DNA from: the human T2T-CHM13v2.0 reference genome, Homo sapiens
Length of the DNA: 64,000 nucleotides
Direction: 5' to 3' (one strand)
NCBI RefSeq assembly: GCF_009914755.1
Contig: NC_060940.1
In this document: in pieces, positions 27,350 to 40,448 of the stretch
How the letters are laid out: each line of letters opens with the position of its first letter
Numbering within the stretch: the first letter of the stretch is position 1
Made by a program: the position numbers and the translations under genes
The notes under the pieces: model-generated
Seen by the model: only the letters and a program-made list of their open reading frames with translations
What the model was told of the DNA's origin: nothing
Database searches by the model: none

Positions 27350-27670
27350 TTTTGTTCTTTAAATTTTTGTTGATATGTAATAATTGTACATATATGTGGG
27401 CACATGTGATATTTCGTTACATGTATAGTATGTGTAGCGATCAAGTCAACATATTGGAAGTATCCATCACTTTAAGTATTTATTATTTCTGTTTTGGGAA
27501 CATTTCAAGCCCTCTCTTCTAGCTATTTTGAAATATACAACACATTGTTGTTAACTATGGTCACCATACTCTACTATGGAACATTAGAATGTATTCATTC
27601 TATCTGACTATATGTTTATACCCATTAACCAACCTCTCTTCACTCACTTCCCCCACACCTTTCCTAGTCA
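27350..27670 (-). mobile_element. L1MA 3' end
   Basis: 'ctctcttctagctattttgaaatatacaa...ttgttaactatggtcaccatact...cccattaaccaacctctct'. Confidence 0.85.
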
Positions 27671-28869
27671 TTTCCATGTTATTCATAATAATAATACATT
27701 ACTTTTGAAATAGAGAATAACTATTTTTCAAAGTTATTCAAAACTCTAATTTCTAATCTTCATATTACATGTTAATAAACGTACTAGTTATATTATTGCT
27801 AAGCCTGAAATGTTAAATAAACAATTGCTTTCAATTGCATAACACAATTCTCAATTGGGGAAAGACCTGAATTAGACAAATGAGGCCCCAGTTATCCCAG
27901 GGAATTAGACCAGCCCTGTGTATCCTGCCCTTCACCTTTACCCCTCCCTTTTCCTGTTGAGAAGGCAGGGGCATAATCAGGGAAGAATCCCAAGTCGATT
28001 AGGAACTGAAATAGCTGACCCTCCCTGTCCCTGTCCTTCCTGGAGAACTAAAACCTCACCCAGAGGCCCCTCCACTGACCTCACTTCTCATACCCTCCAA
28101 CAATGCAGGCAAATCCCTGGTCACTGTCTCAGTATTCCAGGCACCTGCTTTTCAGATTTTGAAATTGTTTCTCCTCTAACCAATATGTAAATTTTAGCAA
28201 GATTCAAAAGTCACAGGGGCTAAGGTCCATGTTAATTGGGCAAATTATACAGAAACATTGGATATTGAATTCAAAATGCCAAGCACATTGAGATTATACA
28301 CCAATTATATACAGGTGTATTCTACACCTGCAAAGATTGAAAGCAAAAAGGTAAGGATAAAAATGCGCACATTAAAGCAATGAGATTGTAGATTTCCTTT
28401 CTGTTTTCCAAAATTCTATCTGAAGTTCATCTTCTATGGCTTATGCAGTAAAATTATTTTATAAAAAGTGATTCTCAATAAGGAAATGGATTCAGAAACT
28501 TTTAGCAACTTCCTCAAAGGCACACAGGAGGTAAGAGACAGAGCTAGGATTCAAATGAAAGCCTGTCTTGATTCTTCCATTCTTTTTAATCCCTTATGGC
28601 TTTTCTGTGAAATAAGATCAACCATCACAACAGTGGGCACAAGTCACAAAAAAAAAAAATGTTTACACAGAAACAGAAGACAGATATGTGAATGTGGATG
28701 GAAGAATATATATTTTAAAAAAGAAGGAAATCAAATAGGGGCTATGAAACCAACTGCATCACTTTTGCTAAATTGAGCCTTAGAAATAGTTGAGACTTGG
28801 GGGTCAGAAAATTGATCTCCCTCCACTGCTTGACATCCCTAGCTAATTCAAAGTCACCCAGTTAGACAT

Positions 28870-29100
28870 TCTCTTAGCACTCTGAAAATTTGTTCCAGGG
28901 CATTTATCTCAGTTGCAATTTTACATTTCTTTTTGCACTTATTTATGGAGTGCCTTTCTCCTCTGTTAGACCCAAAAGTGCCTAAATGCAAGGCCATGAC
29001 TATTTTCATTCACTCTGTTCCCCTCGAGTTTAGAACTGAGTTTGGCAGATAGTAAATGATCAATTAATGTTTGTTGGATGAATGGGTGGATGATGAATTT
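28870..29100 (+). mobile_element. L2 3' end
   Basis: 'tcattcactctgttccc...agaactgagtttggcagatagtaaatgatcaattaatgtttgttggatgaatg'. Confidence 0.7.
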
Positions 29101-29476
29101 TTATCTGTCCTCATGTTTGAGCTGCTTGCCCTACTGTCCATGTGTTTTTCCCTTGGATGTGCTGACAGCTGGATTTCAGACCATTCTTTCAGCATCCCTT
29201 CACCATTATCAAGCTACGCCCTGCAGGAGGTACCGAGTCAGTTCTTCCACAGCTAAGTACTGTAGCTCTCTTCATCCACTCCTTCTACACTGAAGCCCTG
29301 GTTTGAGGGCCAGAATTTAATCTCAAGAACCAACTCTAGCTGAAAGGGGAAAGATTGCTTTACAAGTCTGCAAGCTCCATTTGTGAGGCCCCAACTTTGT
29401 GTGTCTTGTCTTTGCATGAAAACATTTACTTCTCTTCTCTTTTAGACTTCAGTTTCTTGAATGCAGTATCTGTAGG

Positions 29477-29850
29477 TACTATGGATGGAATGAAAGTTTC
29501 TCTCTCCCCAAATTCATTTGTGGAATCCCTAAGTCTCAATATGGTGATATTTGAAGGTGGAGCCTTTGGGAGGTAATTAGGTTTAGGCGAGATCATAAGA
29601 GTGGGTCTCTCTGATGGGATTAGTACCATTATGTAACGGGATGACTAGACCAGAACTCTCTCTCCACCATGTGAAGACGCAGTGAGAAGCCAGCTGTCTA
29701 TATGCCAGGAGGGTGGGCCTTGCCAATAACCTGACCTTGGTGGCATCCTGATCTCAACTTTCAGCCTCCAGACTATACGCAATAAATGTTTGTTGCTTAA
29801 GCCACCCAGTTTATGGTGTTCTGTAACAGCAGCCTGAACTGGCTAAGACA
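29477..29850 (+). mobile_element. MLT1A-type MaLR solo LTR
   Basis: 'aggtggagcctttgggaggtaattagg...cagcctccagact...aataaatgtttgttgcttaagccacccagtttatgg...ctaagaca'. Confidence 0.9.
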
Positions 29851-32040
29851 AGTATCATTCTGTGCTCAGCATAGAGATCCATTCACTCTTTCATTCTTTA
29901 ATTTATCATTTATTTGGTAAATTTTTATTAAGTACATATTTTGTTCAGGCCCTGGGGCTCCAGAAATGTCAGTAGCCAGTTTAGTGAGAAAAAAAACAGA
30001 GAAGGCTAGAATTCTGTTCCCAAGAATGAATGTCATGTTTCTGAAATCCCCATTGTTCATGCTTGAGGAACATGACAATCATTTAATTAACAGTGTTTCA
30101 TTTGTGGAAGTTCATATTTAAGATTGAGAACTCAATAAAGGTGGTATTAATACTATAGTCTCATTTCAATAATTTAACTGGACATTTATTTTTCACTTAG
30201 AATTCTTTCCATACAATGTTACCGAGATGCTTTTAAATTTATTTTGCTTTGTTGCTAATATGCTTATTAAGAGGATTAAAGAGTGTGCCTCATCCATCAG
30301 CCAAACATCTATGTCACTTTGATTATATGAAACACAGTTGACTACCATACCAGCCAATTAGGTTCTAAGAGCTATAGAATAATTAGAACATGTTGTAAAA
30401 TATATTTAACAAGTTTCTAGGACTATTTTTTAAAACTTCTTTGCACAGTTTCATTTATTTCAAATCCCACTTTCATGGGTTTCTTCTTCTTTCTTCTTTA
30501 ATATCATTTCCCTGCAAAGGAGTTAAATCACTGTATATTCTCCAGTGTGGTAAATAAGGAAACAGTTTACCAAGTGCAAAGTCATATGCCATGGTTCCTT
30601 CTAATAGATCTCTATGGCTGTGGAGCAATTCCTAATAACCAATAATAATGGGAAAGTGGAATGTTAAAAGGGGAAGCTTTGCTCAAGACAAGAGACATTC
30701 TAGAGTTGGAGACTTAAGATGTTAGTTATTAAATGACTGCATCACATGAAAAAAATGGGAAATTAAAGGGGGCAGATTTTAGGGAGATGTTGGTAGACTG
30801 AGTGTCCCTGACTCTCCACAATGGAGAGGGGAAGAAGGTAATTCCTTCTTTCAAACTTCCACAGGTGGTCTTGGCAGTACTACTCTGAAAATTCAATGTA
30901 TGTCTCTTGAAATTTTGGTGGCACAGCAGCCTGGTGTCTGGCACCTGCCTCAACAACAAACATAACAACAAGAAAAATACATGCTAGAAACTTTTATAGT
31001 GGAGCAAAGGTGAGAATGGCATGTTGGGTGGCCTACACTCCAAAAGTTGACCCTGCAAATGGTGTATGAGTGCTTACCATGATTTAGAAGAGCGATACTG
31101 CTCCTCTGCACCACCACACACACACAAGAAGAGGAAAAGAGATCCGGCACGGCATCTTATTGGACTGCTTCCAAACAGGGCTACCTGGAGGGTTGAACAG
31201 GTCCCAGCAGAGAATCTAGGTATCTGGCGACTGAAGAACAAGTCCTTGTCCAATGAAAACAGAGATACCTTCTTCTTGGCAAAAGAAGAGTGGGTAAGAG
31301 TAGGCTGGCGGATCTTTAAAGAACCAAACAAATGCTTTGGAGAAAGTCAGTTCTAAATAGCACGCCACCTATGCCACACTGCTACGTGACTACCAGCCAC
31401 ACAACAACTTCCCTGTGCTTCTTCTCATAATCCCATGCTGATGAGACTCAGAACCTCGGTAAATGAAATAAAAAGATGTCAAAGCACTGAGGGAGAAGGA
31501 AGAGAAGAAGCTGTCCACACACAGGCTCTCCTCCTGAAACTGCAGTTTTCATGTCTGCACTGGGGCACAACTGGTGAGGGAGAGAAATCTCAAATTAAAA
31601 AGAATATTGAAGTTTGGCCTTTCCATGGGATTGGATATTATACATTCTGAAGAGAGATTACTTTTTGTGAATTGACCTGAGAACTGTTCACAGGTGCTGA
31701 GAGTGAGTCATAAGGTTCAGGTACTTGCCATATTTGTCCAGCAGCAGGGAAAGACCTTGCACTACAGGGCCAGCTTTGGAGACATGAGAGATGAAGGTAG
31801 TCCACCCTATGAGTTTTTTTCTCATTTGATGTGATGGTTACAAATGACACAGAAACATTACAGAATTGAAAGGGTCTAATCCGACGTGAGGGATGAGAGA
31901 AAGTGTCTTAAAGGGGCAGATGTCTGAGGTGAGCCTTGAACAAGGAGTGAAAATTGATAGATTGTTGAAGTTTTTAATATAGGAGCATCTGCCAGACCAA
32001 ATCCACACCTCATGAGGTCACTTAGAAATAGTAAGAAACA

Positions 32041-32343
32041 GGCCAGGCGCAGTGGCTCACACCTGTAATCCCAGCACTTTGGGAGGCTGAGGATGGTGGA
32101 TCACTTGAAGTCAGGAGTTCGAGACCAGCCTGACCAACATGGAGAAACCCCATCTCTACTAAAAGTACAAAAATTAGCCAGGTGTGGTGGCGGGCACCTG
32201 TAATCCCAGCAACTCAGGAGGCTGAGGCAAGAGAATCGCTTGAACCTGGGAGGCAGAGGTTGCAGTGAGCCAAGATCACACCACTGAACTCCAACTTGGG
32301 CAACAACAGCAAAATTCTGTTTAAAAAAAAGAAAAAGAAAAAA
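32041..32343 (+). mobile_element. AluSp-like, full length
   Basis: 'cctgaccaacatggagaaacc' diagnostic; perfect 17-bp TSD agaaatagtaagaaaca (32024-32040, 32344-32360). Confidence 0.97.
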
Positions 32344-32379
32344 AGAAATAGTAAGAAACATTGGAAAAATAATCCTTCC

Positions 32380-32610
32380 AGCTACCAATTTCTGAGTGCC
32401 TACTGTGAGTTGAATCTTCTGGTAAGAAGCACTTTGCATATATCTCTAATTCCATCCCAAAATGGCAAGGGAGAGGTTTTTACTTCTATTTTGTGGATGA
32501 GGAAAATGGCCCTAGAGGGGTTGGGTAGAAATCTGGCACTCAGTGCATGAGTGGTGGAATAGGATTTCCACTAAGTACTTTCTGGTCCCAGGGCTGGTGC
32601 CCATTACTGT
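32380..32610 (-). mobile_element. MIR
   Basis: 'ctgagtgcctactgtg...tattttgtggatgaggaaaatggccctagagggg'. Confidence 0.75.
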
Positions 32611-32659
32611 TCTTTATGTGGTAGGTGAGTTCATTCTTTAACTTAATTCTCACAACAGT

Positions 32660-32915
32660 CTTCTCAGGAGAGCTATCCATGACACCTCTAAACAGCATCC
32701 TGAAGTTCTTTCCTTCCCTTGCTCCTGTAATCTTTGTCCAAGTCTTGAAAATGGCATTTACCTTGTTACTGTAAAGATTTATTTATACACCTGTCTCCCG
32801 TTAAACTGGAAGATTCCTAAGTGCTGAGATGGAGCTCTTGCTTTCTGCGTTCACTAAATATCTAGGCCAGCTTTGCACACAGTAGGACTTCCTAATGTTA
32901 TTGAATGAATAAATA
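32660..32915 (+). mobile_element. L2 3' end
   Basis: 'cctgtctcccgttaaactggaagattcc...gcacacagtaggacttcctaatgttattgaatgaataaat'. Confidence 0.7.
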
Positions 32916-33253
32916 TATCATTAATCGTACATGAAAAAAGGGAATTCAGAGAGTTGAGATAATAAACTTAGGTAACACAAGTAATTACTTGGGAGCCAGA
33001 ATCTAAATCCCTGTCTCTTGATTTCAAATATAGGGCTCTTCCCATTTATTTAAGTTGGGATTAATACAATTTTCATAGTTGCTTTGGATATATTATACTT
33101 GACTACCAAGACAGAATCAGAAGGGTATATGTGTGTATACACATGCACATAGACATGTATAGAAATAGAAATCAAAATTTTTTTCTTAGTTGACTAACTT
33201 CAGCCATTAACATGCTAATTCTTCAATTAGCCTCACTGTTTACCTTAATTCCT

Positions 33254-33561
33254 ATTTTGTTTTGTTTTGTTTTTAGAGACAGAGTCTCACTCTTGCCACT
33301 TCACTCTCACCTAGGCTGGAGTACAGTGGCAAGATCATAGCTCACTGCAGCCTTGAACTCCTGGGCTCAAGGGATACTTCTGCCTCAGTCTCCAAAGTAG
33401 CTAGGATTACAGCACCACTATGTCCAGCTAATTTAAAAAAAAAAGTAAATATTTGGTCTTGCTATGTTGTCCATGCTGGTCTCAAACTCCTGGCCTTAAG
33501 GGAGCTTCCTACCTTGGCCTTGCAAAGTACTGGGATTATAGGCATGAGCTACCATGCCAGG
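33254..33561 (-). mobile_element. AluJ
   Basis: 'gatcatagctcactgcagccttgaactcctgggctcaag' J-type; (TTTTG)n tail. Confidence 0.9.
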
Positions 33562-33599
33562 TATTTTTTTGTTTTTGTTTTTGAGATAACATTCCACAG

Positions 33600-34310
33600 C
33601 TTTCATTAAAAAAATATTCATTGTGTACTTATTGTGTTGCAGGCAATTAGATATGCCCGAGGAGAACCCAAACTACAGATAGGTTTGGGTTTTCCTTGCA
33701 TATATATGTATATGCAACCTATATATATTTACTTTGTATCTCCATATATGTGTGTATGTATATATATATATAGGTGTGCATATATACATACACACAAACT
33801 ATTCTATTTACTAATCTGAGTTCCAGTGATATGAAGGAAAATGGCACAGTGCTTTGAGAATCTATTATAGAGAGCCTTGATCTAGGCTGGTTCCTCAGAG
33901 GAAGGGTTCCTAGAGATATGAAGGCAGATCTGAGAGCTAAGGGAGAGATGAGATATATGTCAAGAGTAGGTAGATAAAGGGATAGGTTTCCATGGAATTT
34001 GTGAGCAGTTAAAGGGAGGCTGACATCACTAGGACACACAGATGGAGATAGAGTCGCACAACAGCATGTAGACCTGGCAATGGTCAGGTCGCGCAGGATC
34101 CAGCTAAAAGTATTGATATTTTGTTACTTACTCTAAAAGCACTACAAAGGCACTGAAGGGGTTTAGCTGAAGAATAATATAGTCAGTCTTGAATTTCTAA
34201 AGCCTCTCTGTTGGATGTGAAGAGAATAAGTTGGAAGGAGATAAGAATGGAAGCTGGAAGTCCAGTTATGAAGTGATTAAGTAGTCAGGTGAGAGACAAT
34301 AACAATGTAT
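33600..34310 (-). mobile_element. L2 remnant interrupted by (TA/TG)n tract at ~33700-33790
   Basis: Purine-rich antisense L2 text ('gcactgaagggg', 'ggaagctggaagtccagttatgaag...caggtgagagacaat'). Confidence 0.65.
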
Positions 34311-36107
34311 CTGAATATTCTATAAACTCCTGGGCCTTCTATCTTGGCTTCTCTACATAAAAAAAGAGAAAGTTCATTCCTCTGATTTGGACCATAAAGT
34401 ACTGAGAAATTTCCCCCAAAGAATATTGCCGTAATTTCGTTCTACACAATTCTCCCAAGTGTCATTCAAAGGCAATGAGTGTGGAGAAAAGGTGTGCTGG
34501 TATTTTCTGATCTATGTTTGTTCAGATCAATGGTCTTTTGGATGCTGCAAGATCTTTCTTCACCAATCTAATATCCCATTGTTTGTGGCTGAGCCTTTCC
34601 TCGTGAAGCCAGTGATGACCTGATCTTAAGAGGCTCACATTTTTGACTACCCTGAGGGTCTGGTTGAATTAGTTACTCTCTGGAGACCCATGGTGACCTA
34701 ATTCTCTGTCTTGTCTGTGCCTTCAGTAGAGGGCAAGGGTGTCTTCATCTCCAATCTTCCCCTGCTTTGTCTTGACTGCTCTCACACTCAGACCTAATGC
34801 CCATGGAAGCTTTCCTCCTCCTCTTTCTCTTCCTCCTCCTTCTCTGCTGCAGGAATGCAATGGGGGAAGGGGGGCAGGTGGGTGGGTGTTGAAGCGGTGA
34901 TTTGTGCCATTAACCTTGATCTGTAACCTCAGAAGTTCAGAAAACGGAAAAGGAGAGTGGAGCATCCGCTGGGCTTTTTCCTAACCAGTAGTTGTGCATT
35001 TCACTTGTAGAGATAATGCCAAATTAATGGCTCTGTCTACCTGATTAAGTCTTTTTTATCTTCTCTGAAACTGCAAAGGAAAAAAGCCCACCTCAGCCAT
35101 CACTGCACTAAACCAGACCTAATACTCCCATAACCTTTTACCATGTGAGAACTAGTGTTCTCTGAGGGCTCACCTAGCATGCCTCCTCAAATGTTACAGT
35201 TTGTAAAACTGATAAAGAAAATAAATTCATTCATTCACCCAAAAATTTGTACCAAGTGCTGATTGTATGCTAGGCTTTGTGCTTGGATAGGGAATCAGAG
35301 ATGTAAATGAGTAAATGTCTCTGCTATTGAAGAGCTCACTGACTGCCCGGTAAACAAGTGAATTAGCCATAACCTTGTGAGAGCTCTAACCTTGCAAGGG
35401 ACTGATAGCTCATGGTGAGGGGTAGGTCAGAGTGGTCTGGCCCTATGCCCAAGGCTCCTATGAAGGCTAAATCAAAAGTTCTATCTCTACTGGGGAGTTT
35501 GTTTTTTTTTTTTTCTTTCCAGAAAACATCTAATTTGGTCAGCCTTGGAGTTAAACGTATTTTTTTTCCTCCTTATCTTGTGTTTCTCAAGCTGAGAGTA
35601 TTTCAATTACAAACTTATTAGATAGATAAATGTATATTTTACTGCTTTAATTTGGATCCAGAAAAAGATAGACAATCTTGTAAAACTTATCCCAAGGCCA
35701 AGGATACTGCAACTATTTAATATATTATGTGCTGACTGTGTGCTGAAAAATAAGAGTCTCTACTACTCTCTCATTTCTTGGTTAGATGTGATATCCAATT
35801 AACTCATACCAACAGGCACAATGCAATTTAGAATAAGCTGTCACAAGAGATGCACCAATAGTGAGGATTTAGGGTGCTTAGTGAAAAACTGAACATTTGC
35901 ATTAGGCCTAAAAGAATGGGCAAGTTATCAACAAGGGTCATGTACCGAAGAAAGTCCTGCCAAGTATGATCCTCTATAAGCTATTTCACCCAGTTGAGCC
36001 TGAATTTTCTCAACAATGAAGAAAGGAACATTATTTAATAACACCTATCTGCCTCATGCAGTAGAAACTAAATGAAATATTTAACATAAAACCAGGCTCT
36101 AATGCAT

Positions 36108-36698
<591 letters not shown>

Positions 36699-39478
36699 TC
36701 GGGGTTGATAATATTTAGTTTTTGTAGGACTGATGTACACTGATTAGAATGACAATTTGCCTAAGGAATTGTTCAGTGATTCATGAGGGCCCAAAAGACA
36801 GAGTGGCATCTCCCAAATGACAAAGGAGGCTATGGACCATGCCTACTCAGAGGTGTTGCCAGCCAATTATAGGCAGAAGGCAGACAACTGTCAGAAGGAT
36901 TTCCAACACAAGAAATTTCTCTCGTCTTTCAACAGAAAGTTTGTTTTCTAGGGGCTGAGTTTGGTGGAGATTTCTTATTTCCTGGTTTTCTCTGGGAAGC
37001 AGTAAAAAGCACATTGCATTTCATTCTTTACAATGTCTTATCAATAACAAGATTGCCTCTCTCTGCCTTTCTTTTAAGTACCTGGGTTCAGGGTCCTGTT
37101 TATAGCTTCTCTAGTTAGGGGATTCCTTTTACTCTGAGGAAGAAAAGCAGGGTGCTTGAGAGAAAGAGATTTCTGGAGTTTGAATGTTGGCTTCCTCACA
37201 GATTGGCAGTGTGGCCTTAGGCAGTTTTCTGGAACCAGCTAAGTTTAATAATACCTATTTCTTGCTTTTTGTCTCCCTTCCTCCATTCCCACTCCTTTCC
37301 TCTCTGCTCCAGTCTTTCTCATGTTGAAAGACAGTGATTTCAAGACACCTGAGACTTTTGCAGTGAGCTCCCTGGGCTGCCTGATGCTCTCTGTAGCTGA
37401 GTAAGAACAGGTCTGGGAGAAAGGCAAAGCTCTGATCCCACATGCTCGATGAGGCCTAGCTGTGGAGATGCTGCTCTTCTGTGTAGAGGGAACTGGAACT
37501 TTCAAGGCGCTCTAGAGATGTAGGTAAAACAGAGGATATCATACTGAAAGAAGCTGTGGAAGTGTTCATAGAAAAGCATGTTGCTTAAAAATAGCCCACA
37601 GCTCCATTCTGCAAATCTGCCCTGTCCCCCTCATTCTGATTCTGCTGCAGTCTATAATCAAATGTGAGTGAAAGCAAGTCTACCTAGCCTTGAGATAAAA
37701 GCTTTCTTAAAAAAGAAAAGATAGCTGGTTTCCAGTACGGCATGCAAGGAGCTTAGAAGTTTCTGCTCTGTCCTCACAACAGGTAAAAAGCTGAAGAAAC
37801 TAAAAAATCAACAACTCGTCTTATACCCATCAAAGAAGTGAGGTCACAGGGCAAACTGCTGCCCCCAAAATTGAAGATGCAGGTGGATACAGAGAATCAC
37901 AACTTACAGGAACAGAAACTTATGAGCAGAAATCTCTGGAGTAGCCAGTGCCAGTCTAGGAAAACCTACAGTGTAGTTGATGAATTGCTGAAGGCTCAGT
38001 GTGCCTGAGTCCAAAGGTCAAAAACTCCAGGGTTACCAAGTCATAGAAAGGTCTTCACACTTTTCTCAGTTTTACTTCCAAGAGCTCTACCAAGTCCTCA
38101 GAGTGAAGATAGAAAAAAAAAAAAAATCCCTCCATGCTGCCAGAAAGGCAAGGAAGACATCTTAAAATGTGCCAGAACATTCTGTTCTACTTCACAAAGT
38201 CTGTCCTCAGGAAAAACTGCTTAACCAGAGCCTAATCTGCTGTAGTTTTATCAGATCCTAACTTCCATGGCGGAAGGAAAATACCCAACTCCAGTTCACT
38301 CTAGTCATCCTGTCCCAGGGAGAGAAAAACAGTGAGAAACATTTTCAGGTTCACAGCGCAGAGGTCCAGGCTTGATAAAATGCTGAGACCTAATAATAAG
38401 ACTATGGAATGTTGTCTCTCCCTCCATATCATACCACAACATTAAAAGGGCCTAATTACAGCAGCTTCTTTTTACCCAGTACATCAAATACAGCTATCAA
38501 CAAAAAATTTTAAAGCTATACGAAAAACACAGTTCAAAGAGACTGAACAAGCATAGGAGTAGAGTCAGACACGGCAGAGATGTTAGAATTATCAGACCAG
38601 GAGTTTAAAATAATTCTCTTAGGGATCTAGTGGAAAAGTAGATCCCAAGCAAGAACATGGAAACACAGAGATGGAAACTCTAAGAAAAAATTTAAGAGAC
38701 TTGCTAGACATACACACACACATACACACACACACAGAATGACTTTGGAGGGCTCATTAGTAGACTGGCCATGGCTGAGGAAAGAATCTGAGCTTGAGGA
38801 GATGACAATAGAAATTTCCAAACTGAGAAGAAAAAAGACAAAAGGCTTGAAAAAAGTGGAACAATATTCTAAAATCTGTGGGACAACTCTAAAAGAGCAA
38901 CACATACATAATAAGAATGCCAAAAGGAGAAGAAAAACAGAAAGGAACAAAAGCAATATTTGAACCAATAATTACTAAGAATTTTCTCAAATTAATATCA
39001 GAAATCAAACCACAGATGAAAGCTCAGAGAACATCAATCAGGATAAATACCAAAAAAACTACACTTGGGTACATCATATTCAAGCATCAGAAGATCGAAG
39101 ATTAAAAAAAACTTGAAAAAATTGAGAAAAAAACATTCTCTATAGAGAAGAAAAGATAAGAATTATATTAAATTTCTCCTCAGAAATTATGCAAACAAAA
39201 ATAGAGTAGAATACTTGCAGCATTAAGAGGAAATAAAAAGCAAGTAAGAATTCTCCACCCTATGAAATTATTCTTCAAAAGTGAAGAAGCAATAAGGACG
39301 TTCTCAGATAAACAAGAATGGAGGAGATTTGTTGCCAGGAGTCATGCCTTGCAGGAAATATTAAAAGTTTTTCAGAGAGAAGAAAAATGATTTGGGTCAG
39401 AAACTCACACTTACATAAAGCAAAAAAGAGCATCAGAGAATGATTAAGTGAAGGTAAGATAAAAACCATTCTAATTCC

Positions 39479-40448
39479 ATGGGAGAAAATATTTGCAAAC
39501 TATGCATCTAACAAAGGTCTAATATACAGCATCTATAAAGAACTTAAACTTACAAGATAAAAACAACCCCTTAAAAAGTGGGCAAAGGAAATGAGCAGAC
39601 TTTTTTCAAAAAAAAGACATACATCCTGTCAACAAGCATATGAAAAAAACCTCAATATCCCTGATCATTATACAAATGCAAATCAAAACCACAGTGAGAT
39701 AGCATCTCACACCAGTCAGAATGGCTATTACTAAAAGCCAAAAAATAACAGATGCTAGCGAGGTTGCAGAGAAAAGGGAATGCTTACACACAGTTGGTGG
39801 GTGTGTAAATTAGTTCAATGATTGTGGAAAGCAGTGTGGTGATTCGTTGAAGAGTTAAAGGCAGAACTACCATTTGACCCAGCAATCCCATACTGTGTAT
39901 ATACCAAACGAATATAAATCATTCTACCATAAAGACACATGCATGTGAATGGTCAGTGCAGCGCTATTCACCATAATAAATACATACAATCAACCTAAAT
40001 ACCCATCAATGACAAATTGGGTAAAGAAAGTGTGGTACATACACACTATGGAATACTATGCAGACATAAAAAATAATGAGATCATATCTTTTGTGGAAAC
40101 ATGGATAGAGCTGGAAGCCACTATCCTCAGTAAACTAATGCATGAATAGAAAACCAAATACCCCATATTCTCATGTATAATTGGGAGCTAAATGATGAGG
40201 ACACATGGAAACATAGAGGAGAACAACAGACACATGAGCCTACCTGACGGTAGATGGTGGGAGGAGGGAGAGAATCAGAAAAAGTAAATATTGGGTACTA
40301 GGCTTGGTATCTGGGTAGCAAAATAATCTGAACAACAAACTCCCATGACATGAGTTTATCTATATAACAAATCTGTATATGTATCCTTGAACCTAAAATA
40401 AAAGTTTAAAAATTAAAATAAATAAATAAATAAATTTCAAGGAAAAAA
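39479..40448 (+). mobile_element. L1PB-like 3' fragment inserted in the L1MC
   Basis: ORF2 C-terminus ('gggagaaaatatttgcaaactatgcatc...ccatttgacccagcaatccca'), 3'UTR and (AAAT)n tail. Confidence 0.9.
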
